DNA of 64,000 nucleotides, taken from the NCBI GenBank assembly GCA_965223905.1, contig CBDCXV010000011.1:96001-160000 (forward strand), written 5' to 3'. Below, piece by piece: positions 10,218 to 19,191 of this stretch. The stretch's first letter is position 1. Every line of letters starts with the position of its first letter. Below the pieces are notes generated by a model that saw only the letters and a program-made list of their open reading frames with translations, made no database searches and was not told the DNA's origin. A program made the translations under genes and the position numbers. This DNA comes from Candidatus Latescibacterota bacterium. GTDB lineage: Bacteria > Latescibacterota > UBA2968 > UBA8231.

Positions 10218-11471
10218 TCATTCATCCCGCAAACCGCTCTGACCAGCGTGGTTGAGGGCCCGGGCGGAGACACCGAGGACCCCGAGAAATCCCTGGGAAT
10301 CGCGGTGGTCGAACTCACCGATCTCCTCCATCGAGGAGGTGTCGGCGTCGTACAGGCTGTGCGGCGCATCCGCGGCCGCCCGAAAGGACACGTTCCCCTT
10401 GTAGAGTGTCGAGGAAATGGTTCCGGTGGCCATGCGGCTCAGCTGTTTTATGAAAGCCCAGGAGGCCTGGGTCGCGGTGTCGAACCCGTATCCCTGATAG
10501 ATCTGTTCGGCGATGTGGGACGATATCTGATCGTACAATCGCCGGCAGCGGCGGTCGAGGATCAACTGCAGCAGGTACTCGTAACTGCGGCCCAGTAGCT
10601 CCATGCCGGGCGCCTCGTACACCCCCCGGGATTTGATGCCGACAAAGCGGTTCTCGACGGTGTGCAGTCCGATCCCCACGCCATGGCGGCCGGCGACCTG
10701 GTTGCAGCTCTCGATCGCTTCGACAGGGGTAACCTCGCGCTTTCCGAGTTTCACCGGCACCCCCTTTTCAAAGTGGATCTCGAAAGCTTCGGGCTGGTCC
10801 GGTGCATCCACGGGAAACCGTCCCATGCCCGGATCGATTCGGCAGGCCGGGGTGGCGAGGTCTTCGAGTTCACCCGCTTCGTGGGTCAATCCGAGCATGT
10901 TGGCGTCGGTCGAATAGGGGGAGCCGTGAGTCGCCCTGACCGGCAGGCCGTGATCACGGCAGTAGTCGATCATCTGCCGGCGACCCCCGAACTCCTGAAG
11001 GAAAGCAGGGTCGCGCCAGGGAGCGTACACGCCGATTGCGGGATCGAGCATCTGAGCCGCCAGTTCGAAGCGCACCTGATCGTTACCGCGACCGGTGCAG
11101 CCGTGGCCCAGAATCGAGACTCCACGCTGCCGCAGCACCGGGACCATTGCCGCGACAACCACGTGGCGGGCCATGGCGGTGGTGTTCCAGTACCCGCCTT
11201 CGTAGCGTGCCGATGCCTGAATCAGCTGCAATCCCGCGGTGGCGATTTCAGGCTTGAGATCATCGAGGATGGCCTCCTTTGCGCCGCATGCAAGCATGCG
11301 CTCGCGCACATCTTCGACTTCATCTTCATCCGGCTGTCCGAGGTCAGCGGTGTAGGCGATAACCTCGACTCCCTGCCGTGCGAGCCAATGGGTAATGGTG
11401 CAGCTGTCCAGTCCTCCGGAAACGGCCATGACCACGGTGCGGCCCCTGAGATCGCTCGCCCTGATTTCCAT
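10218..11471 (-). CDS. argG: Argininosuccinate synthase
   Basis: AVSGGLDS, HGCTGRGNDQVRF, YSTDANMLG, ENRFVGIKSRGVYEAPG; ATG 11471 preferred (GAGGGAG RBS). Confidence 0.97.
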   Translation of the reverse strand: MEIRASDLRGRTVVMAVSGGLDSCTITHWLARQGVEVIAYTADLGQPDEDEVEDVRERMLACGAKEAILDDLKPEIATAGLQLIQASARYEGGYWNTTAMARHVVVAAMVPVLRQRGVSILGHGCTGRGNDQVRFELAAQMLDPAIGVYAPWRDPAFLQEFGGRRQMIDYCRDHGLPVRATHGSPYSTDANMLGLTHEAGELEDLATPACRIDPGMGRFPVDAPDQPEAFEIHFEKGVPVKLGKREVTPVEAIESCNQVAGRHGVGIGLHTVENRFVGIKSRGVYEAPGMELLGRSYEYLLQLILDRRCRRLYDQISSHIAEQIYQGYGFDTATQASWAFIKQLSRMATGTISSTLYKGNVSFRAAADAPHSLYDADTSSMEEIGEFDHRDSQGFLGVLGVSARALNHAGQSGLRDE

Positions 11472-11546
11472 GTGGTTTGAGTCTCCCTCTCGATGTGATG
11501 ACCGGAAGAGCCTGTTATTCGCCCACTCCGGGATAAGTGAAGTTAA

Positions 11547-11580
11547 GTAATAATTATTCCTCTGCAAGAATAATTATTAC
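11547..11580. promoter_or_regulatory. Tandem ARG-box-like operator upstream of argG
   Basis: GTAATAATTATTC-N8-GAATAATTATTAC perfect inverted repeat. It holds two AATAATTATT palindromic cores 20 bp apart, an AT-rich island in GC-rich DNA, about 80 nt upstream of argG. Confidence 0.7.
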
Positions 11581-11726
11581 AGATAAGATTCCTAAGTATG
11601 AAGCTACTACCACCCGAAAATCACTTGGTTGGGGGCTTTGCCCAAACCGGAACGGACACACGCCCCGAAGCCGTGCAAATCAGTGAAATCGGGCCTTGTC
11701 TTCCATCGGAAGGCAGACCCCTTCCC

Positions 11727-11755
11727 TTGACAAGGGGGGAGGCGAGTCCTAACCT
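11727..11755 (+). promoter_or_regulatory. Putative sigma70 promoter for the antiporter gene
   Basis: TTGACA-17nt-TAACCT. Confidence 0.5.
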
Positions 11756-11809
11756 ACACGGCCTCGTCAGATTCTCTTCTTTCACTGTAACTCCCTCAGT
11801 TTCAACAAG

Positions 11810-12772
11810 ATGTCGATGGATTTCTGGACCGCTGCAGGGGTCATGGTGCTCTGTTTTGCCGTCCTGGGGAAGTGTGCCGACTGGATGGTCGAGGGAGCCG
11901 TGGATCTTGCCCGCCGCCTGCAGGTACCCGCAATACTTATCGGCATCGTCATCGTCAGTATCGGAACCACTGCCCCCGAGCTGGCGGTTTCGGTACAGGC
12001 CGCTGCTTCAGGTAAGTCGGAACTGGCTCTGGGGAATGCCGTCGGTTCGGTCATCTACGACGACGTCCTCGCGCTTCCCCTGGTGGCGCTGCTTTCGCCG
12101 GTAGTGGTCCTGATCGACAAGGCGGTATTCAGGGCCGCGGCGGTTTTCCTGATCTGCGTCGATGTGGTTGCCTACGCCCTTTGCTTCGACGGCACTTTGT
12201 CGCGTTGGGAAGGGCTTCTCCTCGTGGCCGGTTTCTGCGGTTACCTGGTTTTCACTTACGTCCAGCGACGGCTCAATCCCAGCCAGGATGACGTGCCTGA
12301 AGGTGTACCGGAACGCTCGTTGTTGCGGATACTGCTGCTGTTTGCCGTCGGGTTGGGGGGGGTCGTCGTCAGCAGCGAGTACATCGTCGAATCAGCGGAG
12401 GTGGTCGCTCTCGGCCTAGGAGTCTCCGAGACCGTCGTCGCCCTCGGCCTGATCGCCCTGGGAACTTCGGTCCCGGAAATCGCCACCTGTGTCGCCTCGG
12501 CCCTAAAAAAACAGGGGAGCGTCGCGGTCGGGAATATCCTCGGGGCGGATATCCTCAACATCTGCTGGATAGCAGGGGCCTCGGCTACCGTCAACGACCT
12601 GAAGGTGGAGAAAGAAGTCATCCACTTCATGTTCCCCGCCATGCTCGTCGTGGTCTTTACTATGTTGGGGCTGATGCGGATCGGATACCGTTTCGACAGG
12701 TGGAAAGGCGTCGTCCTGCTCGGACTGTTTGTGGTGTATGTCCTGCTCCTCGTCCTGAAAAGCCCCGCATAG
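11810..12772 (+). CDS. Calcium/sodium antiporter (YrbG/CaCA family)
   Basis: Alpha-repeat motifs GTTAPEL...GNAVGS and GTSVPEI...GNILGADI; about 10 TM helices. Confidence 0.92.
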   Translation: MSMDFWTAAGVMVLCFAVLGKCADWMVEGAVDLARRLQVPAILIGIVIVSIGTTAPELAVSVQAAASGKSELALGNAVGSVIYDDVLALPLVALLSPVVVLIDKAVFRAAAVFLICVDVVAYALCFDGTLSRWEGLLLVAGFCGYLVFTYVQRRLNPSQDDVPEGVPERSLLRILLLFAVGLGGVVVSSEYIVESAEVVALGLGVSETVVALGLIALGTSVPEIATCVASALKKQGSVAVGNILGADILNICWIAGASATVNDLKVEKEVIHFMFPAMLVVVFTMLGLMRIGYRFDRWKGVVLLGLFVVYVLLLVLKSPA

Positions 12773-12790
12773 GAAAGAAGGGAACATTCG

Positions 12791-13561
12791 ATGGACCTTG
12801 AACTGAAAGGCAAGGTCGCTCTGGTCACCGGCGCCAGCCGTGGCATCGGCCTCGGAATCTCACGCTGTCTGGCCGCTGAGGGAGCCGATCTGTTTATCTG
12901 CGCCCGAACCTCGGAACCGCTGCATGCCGCCGCGGCGAAGCTTTCCGAGGCCGGGGTCGAGGTCGGCTCCGAAGTCGCCGACGTAACCACCCCGGATGAG
13001 GCAGAACGCGTGGTCGCGGCGGCCAGCGACCGGTATGGGGGGTTCGATATCCTCGTCAACAACGTCGGTGGTTCGGTATGGACACCGTTCGCCGACATCA
13101 CGGACGACGAGTGGGACCGGGTATTCTCCCTGAGTTTCTTCTCGGCCGTACGTTTGTCGAGAGCGGCAGTACCGGTCATGGAGAAACGCCGCGGCGGCAG
13201 TATCATCAACATCTCCTCGATTTTCGGTCGAGAGACGGGCGGTCCGGTCTCCTACAACGCCGCCAAGGCGGCGATGATCAGCATGACTGCCAATTTTGCA
13301 AGGGAAGCGGCTGAGAAGGGGATCCGCGTCAATTCCGTTGCCCCGGGGTCCATTGTCTTCCCGGGCGGAAGCTGGGAACGCCGCCAGGAGGAGAACCCCG
13401 AAGGGATCGCCAAATTCGTGGAAGACAATATCCCTTCGGGCAGGTTCGGCACCCCCGAAGAGGTGGCCGCAGTGGTCGCCTTCCTCGCTTCCCCCCGAGC
13501 CAGCTGGGTGACAGGAGCGTGCATCAATGTCGACGGGGGACAGTCGAGGTCGAACATCTGA
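12791..13561 (+). CDS. SDR family oxidoreductase
   Basis: TGASRGIG, NNVG, YNAAK, NSVAPG. Confidence 0.95.
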   Translation: MDLELKGKVALVTGASRGIGLGISRCLAAEGADLFICARTSEPLHAAAAKLSEAGVEVGSEVADVTTPDEAERVVAAASDRYGGFDILVNNVGGSVWTPFADITDDEWDRVFSLSFFSAVRLSRAAVPVMEKRRGGSIINISSIFGRETGGPVSYNAAKAAMISMTANFAREAAEKGIRVNSVAPGSIVFPGGSWERRQEENPEGIAKFVEDNIPSGRFGTPEEVAAVVAFLASPRASWVTGACINVDGGQSRSNI

Positions 13562-13848
13562 CCTCCCCCACCCACCGGCCTTCGGGAGCCGGCTCGGACT
13601 TCCTCGAATCGAAAACGAATTCCAGGCCTCTGTCGCTGCATGGAGTCGACCTGAACATTGGCTTGGTTCCGCCCAGGAAGCATGGAATCCCTGACACCGG
13701 GAAGAAGCCCCGCGGAACGGCAGATTTTGCCGAGCTATCCGGAGGGAATGATTCATGCGATTCCCCTTACCGGTTTTTTTGCCACAACCGTTTCTCTGAT
13801 ACCAGCTTTACCAGATCAAAAAACACCGGGTAGCCGGGGAAATGACCG

Positions 13849-15120
13849 ATGCGGAAGCTGCTGACGGGGGGGTGGTCGGTTGCAATTTTTTTCGTCGCCG
13901 TCGTCATCGACCCGAGTTCGGGCGCCGAGGGTCGCCATCGGACCGATTGGGTTGACGGCGAGAGCCTGTCGCTGCGACGGCATTACAACGCTGTGGCGGC
14001 GGCCGTCGACACGATCATGCGGCAGCTCGGTCGCGACCGTGTCGATGAGCTCACCAACGAATCCGCCCCCAGGAACCTGCTGCCGGACGACGCACAACTC
14101 GTACTGTTGTTCTGGGCGGATGACGAAGCGGAGTTGTTCCTCAACGGCACCCCGGTCAGCGCTACCCGGTTGATCCCGACCCGAGTCGAGATTCCCGAGT
14201 TCTATCTGCGAAAAAACAACCTCTTTCAGGCCCACTGCTGGGACACGGACCGGGTGGAGAGCGGTTTCATGGCAGGTCTCTACGTCGAGTGGAGCGACGG
14301 GGGCCTGAGTCCGGTGGTGACGACTCGTGAAGGGAGTTGGAAGCGGGGGAAGGGGGCGCGCGGTAACCAGATGGCCGAGGAAATTTTCTACACCCACGCA
14401 CAACCGGATATCCCGGAAGCAAAGGTCGTCTGGGGGGAGAAGCTTTTCGGGGAGATCTGGCTGAGTGCACGCTTCTCTGCCGAGGATGTTCGCGCAGCCG
14501 GACGCCGCGGGGCGGCAGTTCCTGGCCTGCCCCCCACCTGGGGAAAAGAACAGCCGATGGATTTCCACGTCGCGATCAGCCGCTTGGTTCACCTCCAGCA
14601 GGAGCGCCGCCGGTTGGCACAAGCCCTGGAGCAGAGGCACACCTGGGTGGAGCCGTACTTGCGGTTCAGGGGCTCCCATCGTTCGCCGATTGCCTTCAGC
14701 CTCGGCAGAAGCGAACCCCTTTCCGAGGAGCCCGAAAACGTGGTCGCATCAGCCCGCCTGGAAAAATGGGTGATGCAGTTGCCCCAGAACGACCGCGAAC
14801 TGGTGCTGCGGCCTGCGCGCCAGTTGAAGGGGGTGTCCGCGGCCACCCCCCAGGAGTTTGCCCTCCGGTCTGGAAAGGGGGGGAAAGACCGCCGTCTCGA
14901 CTATCAGCCTCCCCGCGACCTCGGACCGCAGGGTAGTCGTCCGGTCGCCATGCCCCCAGCAGAGGGAGCACTCGGGATTGGGAGAGAAGAACCCGACGCC
15001 CGGTTGTGGCTGGTGTTCAGTATGCTGGCTGTCTACACCGGGGCAGCCTCCCATCGGTGGTGGAAGCTGTTCCGCGCGGAATCGAGTTCGAAGGAAGCTG
15101 GGGTTTGGAATAGCTCGTGA
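13849..15120 (+). CDS. Hypothetical exported, C-terminally anchored protein with lectin/galactose-binding-like beta domain
   Basis: N-terminal signal-like hydrophobic segment; FWADDEAELFLNG...LRKNNLFQAHCWD...GFMAGL pattern; C-terminal TM (LWLVFSMLAVYTGAA). Confidence 0.6.
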   Translation: MRKLLTGGWSVAIFFVAVVIDPSSGAEGRHRTDWVDGESLSLRRHYNAVAAAVDTIMRQLGRDRVDELTNESAPRNLLPDDAQLVLLFWADDEAELFLNGTPVSATRLIPTRVEIPEFYLRKNNLFQAHCWDTDRVESGFMAGLYVEWSDGGLSPVVTTREGSWKRGKGARGNQMAEEIFYTHAQPDIPEAKVVWGEKLFGEIWLSARFSAEDVRAAGRRGAAVPGLPPTWGKEQPMDFHVAISRLVHLQQERRRLAQALEQRHTWVEPYLRFRGSHRSPIAFSLGRSEPLSEEPENVVASARLEKWVMQLPQNDRELVLRPARQLKGVSAATPQEFALRSGKGGKDRRLDYQPPRDLGPQGSRPVAMPPAEGALGIGREEPDARLWLVFSMLAVYTGAASHRWWKLFRAESSSKEAGVWNSS

Positions 15121-15890
15121 ACTGGCTTTCCTACGTCGTCGCCGTCCTGTTCCTTTTGGCCTGTGGGGCCAGTGGCAGCCTCGTGTTGCTGCTCCGAGCC
15201 CGCGGTCTTTCTCGACGCGAGCGGGAGTACGGAATCGTCACCCCCCGGCTGCGAGAAATTGCCAGCGTTCTGGGGGCCCTTGCCGGACTGACAATCGGCA
15301 CCATTGTCCTCTACTTCGCCTCCCAGACGGCCCGCTTCAACCTCATCGAGTGGGTGGGGCGAGGATCGTATTTACTGGTAGCCGGCGCGGCCTCCGGCCA
15401 TCTGCTTGTTCTTATACGCACCGCCTTGCACTTGCAGTCCGAAGAGGCTGCCTGGGCCTCCAGAGGAAGCCCTCCTCGGGGAACCCTGACCTTCCAGCGC
15501 CTGCATGCCCTGTCGAAATTCCGTAGTGGCCACCAGCATTACGCCGACATCAAGATGCGGGATGACGGGGCGCTCGAAGAGCTTGTTGGGGTGCTGGGAA
15601 CGCCGCTGTTGAATGTCCGCAACGATCTATCGCGGATTCCCTTCTATGGCTACCTCGGAACCGTGTGCGGTATTCTGCTGATGGCGCAGCAACTGGGTTT
15701 CATCAACGAGGCGACGGAAACCTTCAAGGTGCTGAGCTCCATGGCGAGCGGCCTCGTCCTCGCTTTCCAGACTACATTGGTAGCACTGCTCGCTTTTCTG
15801 CCGCTTCGCAAAGCCACCGACTACCTGATTCGGCGGCTGGGCAGACTCGAGGAGATGTGGCTCCAGGCTCGCGAAGGAGCGCAGACGTGA
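15117..15890 (+). CDS. MotA/TolQ/ExbB proton-channel family membrane protein
   Basis: IPFYGYLGTVCGI and GLVLAFQTTLVALL helices match the P..G.LGTV.G / G...AL.TT signature; three extra N-terminal TMs. Confidence 0.75.
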   Translation: MNWLSYVVAVLFLLACGASGSLVLLLRARGLSRREREYGIVTPRLREIASVLGALAGLTIGTIVLYFASQTARFNLIEWVGRGSYLLVAGAASGHLLVLIRTALHLQSEEAAWASRGSPPRGTLTFQRLHALSKFRSGHQHYADIKMRDDGALEELVGVLGTPLLNVRNDLSRIPFYGYLGTVCGILLMAQQLGFINEATETFKVLSSMASGLVLAFQTTLVALLAFLPLRKATDYLIRRLGRLEEMWLQAREGAQT

Positions 15891-16306
15891 GCCGCTTCTT
15901 GCGCAAGGTCGACGCCGATGTAGTAGAACACGACATCAGCAAAGAGCTGTTTCTCGGCATCATGATGCTGACACTCTGCCTCGGCATCATGATTCTCAAC
16001 GTATCCAAGCCGGTTTGGCGGGTTCACAAACAGGATCCGCGGACGGGGGACGTGGTCGTCGTCTACGGCGACCGCGAGTTCGGGCTGTCGTCGGACGGAA
16101 CGAAGATTCTGCGGGGCATGAGCGAATCGGACTTCCGCCGCCAGGTTGCGTCCCTGATCAGCGAACCGGAAACGGACCTTCACCTGTTTCGACGAGGCGG
16201 GAGCCGCGAGCGGATCGTGCGCCATGCCGCGTACGCCGATTCCCTGCTATCAACGGACCAATCGGGAAGGAAGGTTAGAACAGCCGTTTTCGTCCACGGC
16301 TGGTAG
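15887..16306 (+). CDS. ExbD/TolR-like single-pass membrane protein (divergent)
   Basis: GTG overlapping the upstream stop (GTGA); short N-tail, one TM (ELFLGIMMLTLCLGIMIL), about 100-aa alpha/beta C-domain; follows the ExbB-like gene. Confidence 0.5.
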   Translation: MSRFLRKVDADVVEHDISKELFLGIMMLTLCLGIMILNVSKPVWRVHKQDPRTGDVVVVYGDREFGLSSDGTKILRGMSESDFRRQVASLISEPETDLHLFRRGGSRERIVRHAAYADSLLSTDQSGRKVRTAVFVHGW

Positions 16307-16380
16307 AGGGAAACAGTCCCGCCGCCGATGGGACTCAGCGCCGACGGGACTGAATGTGGAGCGGGGATTCTACGGCTCGT

Positions 16381-17217
16381 TTACTCTTTCATTATGGCGA
16401 GCACATCGACGCCGCCGAGCATCTCGTTGGAGAAAGTCAGGATCGCCATTCCCTCGCTCCGGTCCAACTTGTAATCATCCCCTTTCTTGAGCGATCCGTA
16501 ACGATCCACGAGGGCTTTTAACTCCCCTTCGAGCATCAGAGTCTCTCCGACTTTGACCAGCTTTACGGCGGGGTCGTTAGGCTCCGGTTTCTTCGTCATC
16601 TTGAACGACTTGCGGAAACCCCGGCGGAACGCCCGTGACGACTTCAGGTATCCGTTCTCTCTCAGGAACGGTTCTGTTGCGGCATAGACGCGCACCGAAG
16701 TTTGCGCCTGCAGCAAGGCCACAGCGTCCTCTTGGGCACCGACGAGATCGACCTCCATGCGCCGGATTTGATCCTCCTGCCGCCGGATGCTGGTATGGGC
16801 ATCGAGCAATGTCGCGTTCAGGCTTTCCGCCTGCCGTCGCAGCTTTGCGATGGTCTGTCTATCCGCCTGTTTTTCGCGCTTGAGATTCTGGATTTCAGCG
16901 GTGAGCTGCTCGTTCTTGCGCTTGTGATCGCGGGCGAGATCCCGCCATTTCTTGACCGCCTTGTTGAGGCGCTGAACCGACTGCAGCAGCTTGGTGTCAA
17001 CCCGCTGCAGGCTGTCGACGCGGGATCTCATATCGTCGATTAGCATATTGGACGACTCGACCGTGTAGTTCAGGCTGTCGATGGTCGTGTTGGCTTTGGT
17101 CAAATCCTCCTGCAGCTCGGCAATCAGGATCTCCTCCTCGGAAGGTCCGCAGGACAACGTCAACAAAACCGCACATGCAAAGGCGACGGCAACACCGCTT
17201 CTCCAGAAAACACGCAT
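16381..17217 (-). CDS. Hypothetical coiled-coil lipoprotein
   Basis: MRVFWRSGVAVAFACAVLLTLSC lipobox-type signal, long heptad coiled coil, small beta C-terminal domain. Confidence 0.75.
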   Translation of the reverse strand: MRVFWRSGVAVAFACAVLLTLSCGPSEEEILIAELQEDLTKANTTIDSLNYTVESSNMLIDDMRSRVDSLQRVDTKLLQSVQRLNKAVKKWRDLARDHKRKNEQLTAEIQNLKREKQADRQTIAKLRRQAESLNATLLDAHTSIRRQEDQIRRMEVDLVGAQEDAVALLQAQTSVRVYAATEPFLRENGYLKSSRAFRRGFRKSFKMTKKPEPNDPAVKLVKVGETLMLEGELKALVDRYGSLKKGDDYKLDRSEGMAILTFSNEMLGGVDVLAIMKE

Positions 17218-17246
17218 GTGTTTCTCCAAGCAATAAGGGACCGGGG

Positions 17247-18017
17247 CTACTTTCTTTTCCATCTGTACAGACTGTCGACCTGCGCCATGGTTCGCGTCAT
17301 GTCGCGGTAGAGTGAGGCCTGGCTGCGGGCCACGGCGTCGATCTTCCGGGTGTTCAGGTCCTGGACCTCTGCGGTTGAACTCACCTTGCCGATCAGGCTG
17401 TTCTGACTTGCGCTCAATCCCGACACCTGCTTGTTGAGACGGGCAGTCTCGTCCTGAATGCGTGCTAGTTGCTTCTGCATCCCCTTCATCGTGCTCCGGT
17501 GAAGGTCGAGAACCTCGCGAATCCCCTCATAGCGCTCCTCCTCTTTGCGGAAGCGCTCAGCCGCCTGTCGGTTCTGCCCCTCCTGGTACTGCAGGCGGTC
17601 GCGGTGCTCTTTCTCCAGTTTCGCCTCGATTTCGCCGTATCGCGCATCCAGCTTGCCCAGCCTGTTCCGGGTCTGCTTATGGGCGACCTTCTCGTTCTGG
17701 AGGCGAGAGCGCACCTCGAATTCCGAGGCGGTAAGGTCTGCCTTCTCCGCCAGCTGACTGACCAGGCGCTCGCTGAGATCGCCAAGTCGTTCAGTCACCC
17801 CCTTCATCTGCTCCTGCAGTTCGCGCCGGTGTTCCCGCTGGCGCTCATGGGCAATGAAGAGTACAAGGCCCATTACCAGTCCGGCGACTGCAGTGGTGTA
17901 GGCACCAATTCCGAGAACATGCTTGCTCTCGAAGCGCTCCACCATTTTCAGGAGTGCCAGCACACCCCCCCAGAGCAGGAGCAGGCCGGCAACTATGGCG
18001 GCAAAGATCGTTTCCAC
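17247..18017 (-). CDS. Hypothetical membrane protein, two N-terminal TMs plus long coiled coil
   Basis: Hydrophobic segments at about aa 4-23 and 35-55 followed by E/K/R/Q-rich heptads. Confidence 0.75.
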   Translation of the reverse strand: METIFAAIVAGLLLLWGGVLALLKMVERFESKHVLGIGAYTTAVAGLVMGLVLFIAHERQREHRRELQEQMKGVTERLGDLSERLVSQLAEKADLTASEFEVRSRLQNEKVAHKQTRNRLGKLDARYGEIEAKLEKEHRDRLQYQEGQNRQAAERFRKEEERYEGIREVLDLHRSTMKGMQKQLARIQDETARLNKQVSGLSASQNSLIGKVSSTAEVQDLNTRKIDAVARSQASLYRDMTRTMAQVDSLYRWKRK

Positions 18018-18175
18018 GCTGGAGGTTCCGGTTTCAGCGAGTCTGGTTCGTCGCGGATTCCCGGGGCAGGTGGCGCGATGCAGGAAGGGATGTCGGATGA
18101 GGAAGGGAACTGAAACCTAAAATAACACCGGCACGAGCCGATTGGCAAACGCAGGAAAAACCGCTATGCAGTTTC

Positions 18176-18919
18176 CTACAGAGGCTCTCCTGTCAACATG
18201 TGGAGAGGTCCTTCAGGTCCGAAGGTCTTTGGCGGACAGTCGACTATCCCGCCGGCGATCATCTTTTCCAGGATCCGGGCCACTCCTGCGATCACCGGCT
18301 CGATCAGGCGCTCTCCTTTCTCGCGAGTTGCCAGGACTCCACCCTCGTCGACGATATCGGCGGTGTGAACCCTTTCCGGGGCCAGAACGTACATGGTCGA
18401 GGTTTCGTACTCGCCTGCATGACCTGGCAATCTTCCCAGTTCCATGGTCTGTTGAACCAGCTCCGGATCGTACACGTCCCAGTAGGACTGGAACCTCAGG
18501 TTGATTTTCAGCTTGTCCCGGTACTCGTCTATTCGTCTCATCAGCGGCTTTACGTTGCCTCCGTGACCGTTCAGGATGAGGATGTTCGCGACACCGGCCC
18601 TCTGCAGGGATCGGCAGACGTCGAACACGTACTCGCAGAAAATCTCGGGCCTGACCGTGAGGGTTCCGATGTGCTCCATCCAGTGCTCGGATACACCGAT
18701 GGATATGGGAGAAGCAACCACTACCCGCGGCAACAGGCGCCTAGCGGCCTGTTCGGCCATGTGAGCACAGTGCAGGATGTCGTGTATCATCTCCAGATGT
18801 TCGTTGTGCTGCTCGGTAGCACCCGTAGGTACGATTGCTGCCTGTATCGTGCCCGCCTGCATGCGCTCGCGAAACTCCTTGCGCGTCAGATCTCCTACAA
18901 ATACACGTTCATCTTTCAC
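18176..18919 (-). CDS. Creatininase family amidohydrolase
   Basis: PTGATEQH, NGHGGN, HAGEYETS. Confidence 0.92.
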   Translation of the reverse strand: MKDERVFVGDLTRKEFRERMQAGTIQAAIVPTGATEQHNEHLEMIHDILHCAHMAEQAARRLLPRVVVASPISIGVSEHWMEHIGTLTVRPEIFCEYVFDVCRSLQRAGVANILILNGHGGNVKPLMRRIDEYRDKLKINLRFQSYWDVYDPELVQQTMELGRLPGHAGEYETSTMYVLAPERVHTADIVDEGGVLATREKGERLIEPVIAGVARILEKMIAGGIVDCPPKTFGPEGPLHMLTGEPL

Positions 18920-19191
18920 GAACCCTTCTCCTTTTTGAGGGGGAAGCCTTAATTATCGAGAACTGGGTGCTCAGAGCCAGGCTGCAGATCCGTTCCCATC
19001 GATTCTGGTTGCCTGCCGCCATGCCTTGGACTCCCCAAGACATTCTCTGATCCGTCTCCCAAAGTGCACCTCGAACCGGGAGCAGATTGGTCCCGGGCAA
19101 CGGCTGTACAACACCTGCACCTCGGCTTGTTCCTTTAAACCTCCCTTCGAAATCCTTCGATGTTCATATCTGCCCGCCTTGAAGGCGGGGA

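Noticed and set aside
15117-16306. Zorya ZorAB or flagellar MotAB
   Set aside because: The second protein lacks an OmpA-like peptidoglycan-binding domain, the first lacks the long ZorA tail, and there are no zorC/D/E or flagellar genes nearby.
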